Origin: Eledone cirrhosa | Lineage: Eukaryota | Direction of reading: 5' to 3' | Assembly (NCBI GenBank): GCA_964016885.1 | Contig: OZ024758.1 | Location: 7,130,001-7,194,000 of the forward strand | DNA: 64,000 nt | In this document: positions 42,786 to 56,664 of the stretch, piece after piece | How the letters are laid out: the number at the start of each line of letters is the position of its first letter | How positions within the stretch are numbered: position 1 is the stretch's first letter | Translations under genes and position numbers: made by a program | The notes under the pieces: generated by a model | Databases searched by the model: none | What the model was told of the DNA's origin: nothing | The model's input: only the letters and a program-made list of their open reading frames with translations

Positions 42786-44071
42786 AGTTCAAGATATATA
42801 TGCCGAACACATACAATAAGACCAAGTCTTATTAGTTTCACGCTTATTTAAAAAAAAAAGAAAGTCTTTCAGCGTCTGTCCTTTATCAGGATAGAGAAAC
42901 ATTTGGAGAAAGAGGTGGATAGAAGGCTGGAGAAAATAAAGAACAATCTTTTATCAGGAAGAGGGATGGCAGGCAGGCATGTTTTCACCCCCCTCCGTCT
43001 CTTCTTCCTCCAGCTATGTCAGAGGAAGCTAATCATGAGGTCGGAATTTTTAAAGTCTGAATAGGAGAGAATGACACCTATTATACTTCTGTCAAGAAAC
43101 TTTCAATCCAAGCGACAAACCAAAGACAACGACATAGGAGACCGTAATTTGGACAACATAGGAAGACGTTTCTCATTTCAGACGTAGTAAAAAAGCCTAT
43201 ATTAATATGAATAATTGTTTCTACTTTTTGGCACAAGGCCAGCAAATTACCCAGTGCATTACTGGTACTTTATTTTATCGACCCCCGTAAGGATGAAAGG
43301 CAAAGTTAACCTCGGCGGGATTTGAACTCAGATCATACAGGGAGGTAAGTCTATACTTCAAAGCATGGCGTCCGACCCTCTACCGATACTGCCAATCCAC
43401 TATGAATAATAGCAACAACACATTTTGTCGAAGTTACTAAAGGCAAAAGATAATCGCTGAACAACTTAAACGATTAACTTTCCACCCTATCAGTTGATAC
43501 GAAACATTACTAGTAGCTACTAAAATGTTATTAATATAAATGTTTGTATAAACACTTCATTGTAGCAGTGATTTGGAATAAATCTAGTAATAACACAGAC
43601 GCCAAAATATTGACAGGAAATCTATTCATCATTAATTTTTAGATTAAGAATACTTCACACGAAAACATAACTAGTTAAAAAATATTAAATCAAGATTATT
43701 TTCATAAGGCTTATAACAATAACTGTGACGTCAAGAGAATTGATAGGAAAACTATTTATCAATATTTTTCAGATTAAAAAAGAATTCACAGGAAAATGTG
43801 ACTCGTTTTATTTTTCAAAAATCATTTTACAGTCAATATTATTTTCACATTTAAACCAACGTGAAATGGAAAAATAAAAATACGACTTGGAAAAAATGGT
43901 AAGGGAGATAAATATACAAATGTCATTTCAAAAAAAAATCCCACCAAACAAAAAATGGCGGAGTTAAAATATTGATAGACTATATGACAATATATATGTG
44001 TGGTACAGATTGGAAATAAATTGAAAATAACCGATGTTCTAAAGACTTTCTCTTAAAGTGTGTTTTTTAAG

Positions 44072-44122
<51 letters not shown>

Positions 44123-44145
44123 AACACACACACACATATATATAT

Positions 44146-44180
<35 letters not shown>

Positions 44181-44928
44181 TCATTTTTGTATTTGTTTTG
44201 CAAGATTTATTGACAGCATGACCCTCCCAAAGTATAACAATATATAATATAATATATCACTAATAAAGTTGTATACACTTAACATGTAGGCGCGACCTTG
44301 GGTTTTGTCTGAGCGCCCGATGGGAGGCCAGTTTTGAAGAGACTCCTCCACTTTACAGTGGTGGCCATAATTGGACCCTGAAATCTAATGTCGTTAAGTT
44401 TATGAGACTTTATTAATGCTAAGTAAGGTCTCATGGAATAGATTGAGCATTGTTTTCTTTGACCTTTTATCTACGGATATTCTTCATATACATACATGCA
44501 TACATTCATTCAAACATACATACATACATACATACATACATACATACATACATACATACATACATACATACATACATACATACATACATACATACATGCA
44601 GCTCCTTAATTCATAGACTACAAATGGCTGCGTTAGCTGGCACCTTTATAATTTGCAAAACATTCTTGCGATTCAAGGGATGACAATTTCTTTTCTTTTA
44701 CAAACTTATATATATATATATATATAGGAAAAAGTATGACCCCGACGGCAGAGCTCAAGCCGTTTGTGTGTGTGTGTCTGTGTGCGTGTGTATGTATGTA
44801 TATCAAGGATAAAAATATAACTCAGTTTGTATGTAGAGAGTTATATTTATGAGAGTATGTAATTGCCAAATGGTTTTAACTAAGTGTGTAATGACCCATG
44901 GCATGACTGAAACAATTGTAAAGCATCT

Positions 44929-44959
<31 letters not shown>

Positions 44960-44985
44960 CACACACACACATTCTGTACCCCTCT

Positions 44986-45018
<33 letters not shown>

Positions 45019-45324
45019 GGTGGGAGGGGGTTGTTTACACTTCAGTAACAGAGATCAATTCTGAGGACAAAGAGACCAAAGGAAATACTTGTTTTTTTAC
45101 TTTTAATTTTTGACCTTCAACGGATTCTATGAGTTTATAGATTCACAATATATGTGAAAGCATGAGACAGACGATGACAGTTAAATCTCTTTTTCTTCCA
45201 CTCTTTCTTTCATTTTCCTAGTCTCTCCCCCTTCTCTATCTAGTGCTGTTCTAAAAGTTCATTGTCAAGGACATACTCTGTTATTTGTCAACAAACAAAA
45301 GTGAAACTACTCACACAACAACTC

Positions 45325-45620
45325 AGAGAGATGGGGGAGGACGAGAGAGATGGGGGAGGGCGAGAGAGATGGGGGAGGACGAGAGAGATAGGGGAGGGCG
45401 ATAGAGATGGGGGAGGGCGAGAGAGATGGTGGAGGGCGAGAGAGATGGGGGAGGGCGAGAGAGATGGTGGGGGGCGAGAGAGATGAGGAGGGCGAGAGAG
45501 ATGGAGGCGGGCGAGAGAGATGAGGAGGGCGAGAGAGATGGGGAGGGCGAGAGAGATGGAGGAGGGCGAGAGAGATGGAGGAGGGCGAGAGAGATAGGAA
45601 GGGCGAGAGAGATGGAGGCG
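45325..45620. repeat. Purine-rich tandem repeat of about 20 bp
   Basis: GAGAGAGATGGRGGAGGGC units. Confidence 0.85.
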
Positions 45621-45774
45621 ATGACGGTGGGAGTTCGGCTCTTCCGTGTTCAGACACATTACACCTGTCATATATACACGCCCCTCCCCCATATATATAT
45701 ATATATGGGGGAGGGGCGTGTATATACGAGGCTCGGCTAAAAGTTCATAGGCTGACCAAGATACTCTCAAATGA

Positions 45775-45875
<101 letters not shown>

Positions 45876-45913
45876 GAATTATAAGAATCAAAGAACTGTT
45901 CAAAACATTTTTA

Positions 45914-45960
45914 TGCTTACAACTGTTTCCTCCAAATCGAGGTTTGGATTCTTCGGAGCA
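45914..45960 (-). ncRNA. Type I hammerhead, U4>C
   Basis: Minus strand TGCT-CCGAAGA-ATCCAAA-CCTCGA-TTTGGAG-GAAA-CAGTTG-TA-AGCA; tail runs into (TA)n. Confidence 0.7.
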
Positions 45961-46307
45961 ATTTATTATTGAATGAACACTTATATGACTTCCTTTTCAC
46001 CCAAGAAACATACAGATACATATGCAAATATTGTGGGTCAACATTCATTATAGCATTTAGTGTGGCACATTTAGAGATTACATTCATATTAAAACTGCTC
46101 TGTAAATCATCTGATGTTATTACATTGAGCTATTTAACTTACTGGTAATAAGGTAGTAATATATTGCTGCCTACCACTACATAGGGTTTATATAAAAATA
46201 TATATAACTGCAAAAGGTTTTCGTATTTGCATAACCATAAATAGTATAATTAATACTATATATATATATATATATAGTAATAATAATAAATTTGAAGACT
46301 AAAATCC

Positions 46308-46360
46308 AAGTTTCAGAAGATCCCGTTAAGGGTGAAAGCAGCGATTCTTTGCTTAAACTT
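46308..46360 (+). ncRNA. Family B variant hammerhead (CAGAAGA core)
   Basis: AAGTTT-CAGAAGA-TCCC-GTTAA-GGGT-GAAA-GCA...TGC-TT-AAACTT; preceded by an inverted tail fragment; embedded in (TA)n. Confidence 0.72.
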
Positions 46361-46383
46361 TAATCTGTTATTTTAATAAATAA

Positions 46384-46417
<34 letters not shown>

Positions 46418-46599
46418 ATATAGATAGATAGATAGATATACACACATATATATGCGTGTGTGTGTGTGCGTCTGCAAGACTGTTATCGTATGTTTGTTAA
46501 TCGACAGAAACTTGGTATAACTTAATTTAATTAAGTTTAAACAAAAATGTAAAACTTTTCTACATAGTCAGCATTCGAACAATGCCGAGTAGAATTGCT

Positions 46600-46696
<97 letters not shown>

Positions 46697-46745
46697 TGAG
46701 AGAGAAGGGAGTGAGACAGACGAGATTATTTACATACATTTAAGA

Positions 46746-46792
<47 letters not shown>

Positions 46793-47609
46793 TATATGTC
46801 TGTACGTATGCGTAGTGTTTTATAAATTCATACCTAGTCTACGCAATATATTATAAATGTTTGTATATATATAGGAAGACCTTTTGGCAACATGTCTAAC
46901 TGATGTATATTATTTGTGATTTTATCACCTACTCTCTACTAATAGAAAGTATTTTTCTAAAGTAATATTCATAATCTAGTAAATTTTCTCAGCCAACAAA
47001 CGTTTTAGCATTCCATTTAGGAAATTGAAATATCCTACCACTTTAAAATTAAAAACGTTTCACTCAAGTAACATTTAATATGGGTGACAGATCAAAATGT
47101 AACTTCAAAGCTAAAATCTCACAGGCTTCAACGCTTCTATATTCGTTTAAAGAAGTGTTATAACTTTTGGAACAAGTTGCATCATTCTACCATACTCTGA
47201 TATAAAAGTGTATAAATCTCACAAAATGTAAATATGATATGTAGAAAGTCAATATAAAAGTTGTAATATTCTCATTGAAGCAGCGAGTATTTAAAGGATG
47301 AATTTCGATCGAGGTAGTCATCGAAGATCACCGTCTCTCTGTCTGATCTGGTCTGGTTTGGTCTATCATTCCTTAATAAACATGACTGTCATTCAATCGA
47401 TACGGTTTCACCGCATTAAGCATAAACTTGGTAGTCGTTCTGAAGAACTAAGCTACGACCCGGAAAGTCTAGTCTCAGTAATGGCTACTACATCGAAGTT
47501 TAGTGACCTTGCTTTTAAAAATGCTTTTAAACATATCTCACAATATTACTCTAGTGGAAGATAGAAGACATCTTACCTTACAGTTCTTGATGGGGGGGGG
47601 GGGGCTTGT

Positions 47610-47782
47610 GTAATTGTGGTTTCACCAATGTACTCCTTCAACATTTTATTGACACGTGTGTCGGGACTATTTAAGCGGCCTCTTATCCTTTTGAACTTTC
47701 TTCCTCGTAGTTTTATACATTCTTGATATTGTCCTCACCAAATATCTGCCGTTTTTAGCTTTCAAAAATGGTTCCGTGCCCT
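47610..47782 (-). pseudogene. Possible PLE GIY-YIG remnant
   Basis: ...RQIFGEDNIKNV*...KEYIGETT; rests mainly on the YIGET motif. Confidence 0.35.
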
Positions 47783-47797
47783 TATATAAATAAATAA

Positions 47798-47832
<35 letters not shown>

Positions 47833-47864
47833 TAGGATTTAGCTTCTTGCATAGCTGTATACAA

Positions 47865-47916
47865 ATATGTATTGGAATTTCGTATTTCTTTAGAAATACA
47901 AAATTTCAATACATAT
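47865..47916. mobile_element. Hairpin centred on a putative HHR stem II
   Basis: Minus strand GTATTTCT-AA-AGAAATAC-GAAA-TTCCAA-TA-CATAT, with the core replaced by the inverted copy. Confidence 0.5.
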
Positions 47917-48046
47917 GTTCGGGGTCGATAAAATAAAGTACCAGACACGCATTGGGGTCGATTTAATCAACTTTCCCCTCCCCCAAAATTACTGGCCTTG
48001 TGCCTGTATAAGAAACCATTATCATCCCCATAGTAAAATTAAACCA

Positions 48047-48525
48047 AGAAATATCTTGTGGCATAATCCAATTTTTAGTTGAAATATACAAAAAAATATT
48101 AACAAAGATTTCTTCAATTCAATTTCTTTGTTATTTCCGATGAATCATAGATATCATATTTTTAACAAAACTTCGATCAAGATAAGGTAGTGTTGTAAAT
48201 ATTGCACAAACTCGATTAACCATTTCAATTTCAAAGACCTTTCAAATAAAGACAGTGCGGTCTAATTGTGGTTGATTTATCCATTAGCCATACTGTACCA
48301 AAATTTAGCCAGAAAATAGATTTATACTGGATTGAAAGAGAATTACTTCAAAGCTCGTTTTTATCGAAATTTTCGCCCATAAGTACATGGTAGCTGTCGT
48401 TGTCAACGAAGACTAATCAAAGAGCGATTCATTTTATTTCAAGCCATTCACAGTTTAAACGAAAAGCCGAGTTTCTAAGCTGTTCTAGTCACGCATCCAA
48501 ATACATTCTTCATTATTATCTAACC
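48047..48525 (+). pseudogene. Penelope-like element (Naiad-type) linker plus GIY-YIG endonuclease remnant
   Basis: Manual translation: RNILWHNPIFS*NIQKNINKDFFNSISLLFPMNHRYHIFNKTSIKIR*CC ... IYTGLKENYFKARFY ... SLN/KAEFLSCSSHASKYIL. Matches the Naiad pattern WFNPP..HFP..H..IFN..KVSYSC..YIG.TE..FK.R..LN.RSE...CRH; stops and deletions. Confidence 0.8.
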
Positions 48526-48771
48526 ACAGACGCAGATATACGAGTATTAAAGACATCTAAAATTTAGCACAGTATCACTTTTTAAAGATACGATTATTCA
48601 TATATTAATTTATTATCTTTTCACACATTTATACGTTTTCCTTTACATATACATTCTTTAACATATTTTTTCACACACATTTATTTTATTTTGACATAAT
48701 CTTATCTTTTCTCTTCTCTAACAGATATTATGTGGCTTTACATACACACTCTTATCAAACGTTTCTATATA

Positions 48772-49201
48772 AACTAGCTGGACCCGTGAAAATAAATTCA
48801 CGGATAATATTTGAAATTTAAATATTGCCCAATGAATATTTATCAGTTAATCAAAATTGTTTGATTTGCAGTATTTTGGTGAATAAACAATTATATTTTC
48901 CTTTATTTTATGTATATTAATGTAAGTTTATTTAAAATAAATTTCATAAAAGTACACATAAAAAACATCCTTTAAAGCACTTCCCTATATACAATGTTTC
49001 TAGTAAAGGTGATTCCCCTTCTGCGGCCATGGGTGGATTGTTCATCGCTCTTGCTCAAAGGCTGCTCTTCAATTATGGCATTTCGTCGCTGATGAACTCT
49101 GTTTCTCATATTCTCTAGATAAATTACTATGTTATTACTGAAATTGGGATACACTAGGTCGGACGTACGGTACGTAGGTATAAGCGTATTAATATATAGA
49201 T
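48772..49201 (+). mobile_element. Possible Helentron-associated (HINE/DINE-like) element
   Basis: Starts ACTAGCTGGACCCGTGAA...TTCACGG (hairpin) and ends TAATATATAGAT; similar end at 46573-46602 (-). Confidence 0.4.
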
Positions 49202-49366
49202 GTTTATCACGTTTAATATCCACTTATTTTCCTTAAACGGCAATCCAAGCCTCTCTATTTCCAAATAAAAGCTATATTGCCACTCAAAGAGATTCGCTTC
49301 TTCCATTTTATAAAACCAAATTTTTTTTTATGATATTAAAACATCTCCTCTGTACATCTAATATAC

Positions 49367-49565
49367 CAGGCATGTCAAACATGCGGCCTTTTACAAAGAC
49401 ACCTGCGGACCACACAAAGGTTTTTTACAGCGCGAACATGTTTTATCTTCGTAATATAAAATAAAAAAAAACTTTGTTGTGTACAATTAGTTGTCGTGTG
49501 TGGCCCTCAGACACTACATATGTGATTTATATGCCTCACGGGGGACCCTCAGTTTGACATGCCTG
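49367..49565. mobile_element. hAT MITE
   Basis: Perfect 14-bp TIR CAGGCATGTCAAAC/GTTTGACATGCCTG; right flank ATCTAGAC. Confidence 0.8.
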
Positions 49566-49761
49566 ATCTAGACTATATTCTAACCTGTAGACCATATTAC
49601 ATTTCTGTCGCACCTCATTTCTCCCCCTCCCCCATCTTTCTGTCTGTGATATTTGAATATACTATGACTTGGGCTTACCTTATTCATATTCATATATGTT
49701 TTAACATGTCAGTTAGATTCAAACTTACAATGACTGGCATTATATATATATGTATATATAT

Positions 49762-49853
49762 ACGCTGCTTTCACCCTTAATGGGATCTTAACGAGATCCC
49801 GTTAAGGGTGAAAACAGCGTTTCTTTGCTTAAACTTTAATCTGTTCTTTTAAT
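49762..49853. mobile_element. Family B fold-back (head-to-head) fragment
   Basis: ACGCTGCTTTCACCCTTAATGGGATCT-TAACG-AGATCCCGTTAAGGGTGAAAACAGCGT; inversion centre at the position of the HHR core. Confidence 0.75.
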
Positions 49854-51339
49854 ATATATGTATATGTGTGTGTATGTGTGTGTATGTGTGTGTATGAGTG
49901 TATGTGTGTTGTGTGTTGTGTGTTGTGTGTGTGATATTGGTTTATTCGTATCAATATTATATATACGCTTTGAGTCAAATCTTTCTTTTTAACCAGTCTA
50001 GGTTGATACCTTAAATATCATAATAACAATAGTTTTAGTTCAATTGAAAATACTCTTCTTCTTCGAAAGACGCAAAACAACAATTTTATTAATCATTTAA
50101 AATCCACCAAATTTCCATAACCAAACAGTGTAGCCATTTTAAAAGTCTAAATTCGAAAGAGTAAAAGAAATTGTCTGATAGAAACAAAAAAATTATAGTT
50201 TTATAATGTTTTAATGTTTTCACTAAATTGGCAGACGATAACTTATTATATACGACTATATGCTGATATATATGATATTTATTTCTCTACTGATCTTTAA
50301 TGATGATTAATTGAGCTAAACAATAAGTAATTTCCATGGGTTGAAGACAAACAAAAAGATAAAAATCAATTTTTGTTGAATTTGGCAAATTAATCAAAAC
50401 CTAAAGTTTTACGAGTTATTTATATTTTATTACTTTTATTACTCATTTCATATTTCTAAGAATAACCTTTCCTCGTCGGCTGGAAAATATGTTTATGATT
50501 ATATGAATTATATAAAGAGCGATCACTACAATATGATATAAACAATAACATTAAGAAAACATATCGTATGCGTAGTAAAATATTCTCTTTTCCATGGAAA
50601 ATAATTGAAATTATATTTGCAGCTAAAATCGATTACTCTTACTCGCACATGTGTTGCAATTATTGGTCGATAGTGAATATGCATTAAACTACAACATTTA
50701 ATCTCAGTGAAAACGGGACCGTGTTTTACGTTCGGTTTAATTTCATTTGGATGTCAATAGAAATTTCAAGAGATATTTCAAAACTCTTCTTTTGCTTTTA
50801 ACAAATTAAAAACCAACCTTCTGGGCCATTACTTAACAGATCAGCAATTTCTTATGTTGCTATTTCTGTGAAGGCGCCTGACTTCGTGGTTAGAACGTTA
50901 CGCTTGCAATCTTGAGGTTGTGAATTCAATTCCCGGACCGGACCGGATGATGCGTTATGTCCTTGAGCAAGACACTTTATTTCACATTGCTCCAGTTTAC
51001 TCAGCTGTAGAAATGAGCTGCCATGCAACTGCTGCCAAGCTGTATCGACCATGGCCTTTCCCTTGGACCTCAACGGTGGCATGGAGAGGAAAGACTGGCG
51101 GGAATAGGCGACTGATTCTTCTTCTTCTTCTTTGCCTTCTTCTTCTCCCCCTCCTCTTCCTCCCCCATCCCCCTCCTCCTCATTCTTCTTCTTCTTCTTC
51201 TTCTTCTTCTTCTTCTTCTTCTCCCCCCCCATCCTCCTTCTTCTTCTCTTCTTCTTCTTCTTCTTCTTCTTCTTCTTTGCCTTCTTCTTCTTCTTCTTCT
51301 TCTTCTTCTTCTTCTTCTTTGCCTTCTTCTTCTATCTCT

Positions 51340-51700
51340 CTCGGTGGGACTGGGGTCATCCTAGATCCGTCATCCTGCTAGAGCCTTGTCACAGCGAGGG
51401 TCTTGTGCGTTCCATAAATCCGAAAGAGCGTTACCGTCTGAAACTTTGCTCCTGGTAAGGCCACCCTAGGTGGGCCGGTCTCCCGGGGAGGTTCTAGACT
51501 AACGGTGATCCGCGGTGCGTCGGCTCGCCACCAAGATGGCAGCCTCATCATCCTACTATTCTTCAGAGGGCCAAAAACCCGTCCAGAAGAACCCTCAACC
51601 TGTTACGAAACCAACCAGAAGAAACCGGACTGCCCAACATCAGAATGGACCCCTGCATGTCCACCCCCACTAACGAGAAATTGACTGTCGCTACAAAATT
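51340..51700 (+). mobile_element. RTE/Expander-type 5' UTR-like fragment
   Basis: CCTTGTCACAGCGAGGGTCTTGTGCG...CCTGGTAAGGCCACCC...GAGGTTCTAGACTAA resembles RTE-clade leaders as I recall them; follows (TTC)n. Confidence 0.45.
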
Positions 51701-52029
51701 CAAATACCTTCAGAAAGTTTTAATTTATGTAAATTTAATGAAGAACTGAGGCGGTGAATGGGCAGAGCCGTTAGAACGTCGGATACAAAGCTTCGTTTCG
51801 GCTCCCTGCTCTCCGAGTTCAAGTCCCTCCGAGGTCAACTTTGTCTTTCAGCCATTCGAGGTCAATAGAAAAGTACCAGTCAAATACTGAGGTCGATTCT
51901 TCTTCTATATCTCTTTCTCACTTCCCTTCCCTTCCCCCGTATCCTTCTAAAGAAGAAATCTGCTGTTTACAGATCTAGAGAGAAGATGGACTCCGCCAGA
52001 TTTAATAAAGAAACACCCTAAAAACGCCG

Positions 52030-52394
52030 TATGTAATAGAATGTCACTACGTTTCCTTCCCCGGGGGTTACGGGATCATGTATGTAATAGAATGTCACTA
52101 CGTTTCCTTCCCCGGGGGTTACGGGATCATGTATGTAATAGAATGTCACTACGTTTCCTTCTCCGGGGGTTACGGGATCATGTATGTAATAGAATGTCAC
52201 TACGTTTCCTTCCCCGGGGGTTACGGGATCATGTATGTAATAGAATGTCACTACGTTTCCTTCCCCGGGGGTTACGGGATCATGTATGTAATAGAATGTC
52301 ACTACGTTTCCTTCCCCGGGGGTTACGGGATCATGTATGTAATAGAATGTCACTACGTTTCCTTCCCCGGGGGTTACGGGATCATGTATGTAAT
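52030..52394. repeat. 51-bp minisatellite, 7 copies plus partial
   Basis: Unit TATGTAATAGAATGTCACTACGTTTCCTTCCCCGGGGGTTACGGGATCATG, near-identical copies. Confidence 0.95.
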
Positions 52395-53183
52395 GAAGAA
52401 CTGAGTTCAACTCATTACGTGTAAGCCAATAATACATTTTCCATTCACTCATTTTGATTTTATTCTAGTGTGAAGGGGCATGGCTTCGTGGTTAGAGCAT
52501 TGGGCTTGCAATCGAAAGGTTGTGAGTTCAAACCTCGGACCGGGTGATGTGTTGTTTCCTTGAGCAAGACACTTTATTTCACGTTGCTCCAGTTTACTCA
52601 GCTGGAGAAATGAGATGATAGAACTGGGGTCCTTATCATTAAATCACCCAAGACACCTCCAACGAGATATATACCTTAGAGGAGGCCAGCTAAACCTGCA
52701 TAGATGCGAGCTGTCACACACACACACATTTTATTCTAGTAGGTGGTTGGTATTTATGTACGTTGCTGCCACTTTACAGCAGGAAGTGTTAACAATAAAT
52801 TGGCAGCAAAATTCTCATAAAACCTAACACATAATTCATAGCATCTAACTATGAACTAGCACTAATACTATACTGTACAACAAAAAACACCGAAATAACG
52901 GATAATCGCCATATTTTACATCACAGAACTTAAAACAAATCTAGATAGGAAAAACATTAGTAAACAACACATTTATCCTATTGAGAATTCCTCACAAAAT
53001 AGATGATTACAGCAAAACTAAAATGATAGCATGACACTAACGTAAAATACAAATAATATACACTAGTCATACCACCATTACTCCCACATGCCCACACGAC
53101 AACTGAAGTTAAATGCTCAAAGTCAATATTATATAGATTTCGATGGTAATGTCAAACCAAATCTCGTTCTATTTGTTTAATAT

Positions 53184-53260
53184 AAAGTGGTAGCAGCACA
53201 TGCCGGGACCAACGACTTATTCAAGAAGATGAGCCCCGTGGGCATCTACAATTGTCGATG
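53184..53260 (+). pseudogene. Possible SGNH/GDSL esterase remnant (retroelement ORF1-type)
   Basis: KVVAAHAGTNDLF resembles SGNH block III (H.GTND); single motif only. Confidence 0.3.
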
Positions 53261-53404
53261 AAAAATTTTGGAATGTCATTATTATAAACGAACTACAAGG
53301 AACTTATATAAAAACATGAAAAAAAAAAAAACGAAACAAAACAACGTAATCATAAAACGGAATTAGAACGTTTAATGCATATTTAAATGAAAAGCTATCT
53401 CCCG

Positions 53405-53476
<72 letters not shown>

Positions 53477-53599
53477 ATAACAAGGTATCGTTTAAGGTAA
53501 TCCAGCTAGAGGTTATAAGTACTCTGTATCGAGGCTAGTTTTAACATACGGTAAATAAACCCCATTGTACAGCCGACCATGTTATTTTTCATTCTTTTG

Positions 53600-53664
<65 letters not shown>

Positions 53665-53731
53665 CATATATATATATATATATATACATACATATATATA
53701 TATATATATACATACATATATATATATATAT

Positions 53732-53823
<92 letters not shown>

Positions 53824-53966
53824 TCATATATACATATATGAATGTATATATATATATATATATGTATGTATATATATATATATATACATATACATACATA
53901 TATATATATATATACATACATATATATATACATTCATATATACATTCATATATACATATATGAATG

Positions 53967-54134
<168 letters not shown>

Positions 54135-54293
54135 CATATATATATATATATACATTCATATATATATATATATGAATGTATATATATATATACATTCATA
54201 TATATATATATATGAATGTATATATATATATACATTCATATATATATATATATATGAATGTATATATATGTATGTATGTATATATATATACTT

Positions 54294-54366
54294 AAAGGTC
54301 GCTATTTTGATGCCTCTTGTTTTCTTGAGGTATGGTCAAATTTGGATCTTGAAATCTTCGGTAGCA
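54294..54366 (+). mobile_element. Core-truncated copy of the 55332 HHR element
   Basis: AAAGGTCGCTATTTTGATGCCTC...GGATCTT-GAAA-TCTTCGG-TA-GCA, in (TA)n. Confidence 0.7.
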
Positions 54367-54391
54367 TATATATATATACACATATATATAT

Positions 54392-55295
<904 letters not shown>

Positions 55296-55331
55296 GATAT
55301 TATTTATTTATGTTAACATACGGAAGAAAAG

Positions 55332-55413
55332 GTGCTACCCAAGATTTCAAGATCCAAATTTGACCAAGTCTCCAGAAAACGAGGCATCAAAATAGCGACC
55401 TTTCTTCAGGCGC
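55332..55413 (-). ncRNA. Type I hammerhead with 54-nt stem II
   Basis: Minus strand GCGC-CTGAAGA-AAGGTC...GATCTT-GAAA-TCTTGGG-TA-GCAC; second copy at 54294-54366 (+) truncated at the core. Confidence 0.72.
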
Positions 55414-55437
55414 TAATACAAGTATATAAGATATGTT

Positions 55438-55554
<117 letters not shown>

Positions 55555-55750
55555 ACCACCACCACCACCACCACCACCACCACCACCACCACCACCACCA
55601 CCACCACCACCACATATATATATGAGAAATATCATACCAATTTCTGTTCCCCAGTCTTCAAATATTTATATTACAGCTATTTATATTTATATTACAATAG
55701 CTTATTTCTTAAATTATTTAGGATGCATTTTGGACTGAGCGTTTGTCGCC

Positions 55751-55839
55751 GCCCGCATAGCTCAGTCGGTAGAGCATCAGACTTTTACGAATAATGTTCA
55801 GGTATCTGAGGGTCGCGGGTTCAAGTCCCTCTGCGGGCG
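55751..55839 (+). tRNA. tRNA-Lys-TTT: tRNA-Lys(UUU) with 16-nt intron (55788-55803)
   Basis: GCCCGCATAGCTCAGTCGGTAGAGCATCAGACTTTTA-[CGAATAATGTTCAGGT]-ATCTGAGGGTCGCGGGTTCAAGTCCCTCTGCGGGCG. 37+36 nt exons, intron at canonical 37/38, fully paired acceptor stem, A and B boxes, downstream poly-T terminator. Confidence 0.93.
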
Positions 55840-55868
55840 AACGCCTTTTTTTTTTTTATCATCTAGAT

Positions 55869-56131
55869 CAGTCATGGACAATCTGCGGCCCGCGAAGCTT
55901 TCTGAATGACTTTTTTACCTCAACTTTTCAGTCGTAATCTATCTTTCTATCATTTTTAAGATCGAGGAAACCAACATGTATGAATTCCGAAGAAGCAAAT
56001 CAAAACAACCTGAGTTACCGCCCCTTCTTTTAATGCGGGCACGAATGTAAATTAGCGCTTGCGGCCCGGCCCACCTGACGATGAGTTACATCTCATGCGG
56101 CCCGCTTGTCGAAAATGGTAACCCATGCCTG
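55869..56131. mobile_element. hAT MITE just downstream of the first tRNA
   Basis: TSD ATCTAGAT/ATCTAGAC, ends CAGTCATGG/CCATGCCTG, TGCGGCCCG repeats. Confidence 0.8.
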
Positions 56132-56377
56132 ATCTAGACACTACTTTATAACTATTTATGGATGGTGGGCTTTACCTGTTAAGTTTCTTATAATTTTAAA
56201 CTTTTAATTAACGGTATAACGCAGGTGTAAATTATATTACTAATCTTGTTTTCACTGTTGTTGTTTTTTCTCGTACTGTCACTAATTCACACTAAAACAA
56301 CTGCTGCTAAATTTCAACAAATATAAAATCTATTGAAAACTTTCTGTGAGATTTGGAATGACGATGTGGTTCCAAAG

Positions 56378-56435
56378 ATAGAGAGAGACAAAGAGAGAAA
56401 AAAGTGAGAGAGAGAGAGGAAGAGAAAGAAATAGT

Positions 56436-56505
<70 letters not shown>

Positions 56506-56627
56506 GAGAGAGAGAGAGAAAGAGAGAGAGAGAAAGGAAGAGAAAGAAATAGAGAGAGAGAAAGAGAGAGACAAAGAGAGAAAAAAGTGAGAGAGAGAGA
56601 GGAAGAGAAAGAAATAGTGAGAAAGAG

Positions 56628-56664
<37 letters not shown>

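Noticed and set aside
47298-47564. 88-aa non-repetitive ORF
   Set aside because: No recognisable motif or splice context.
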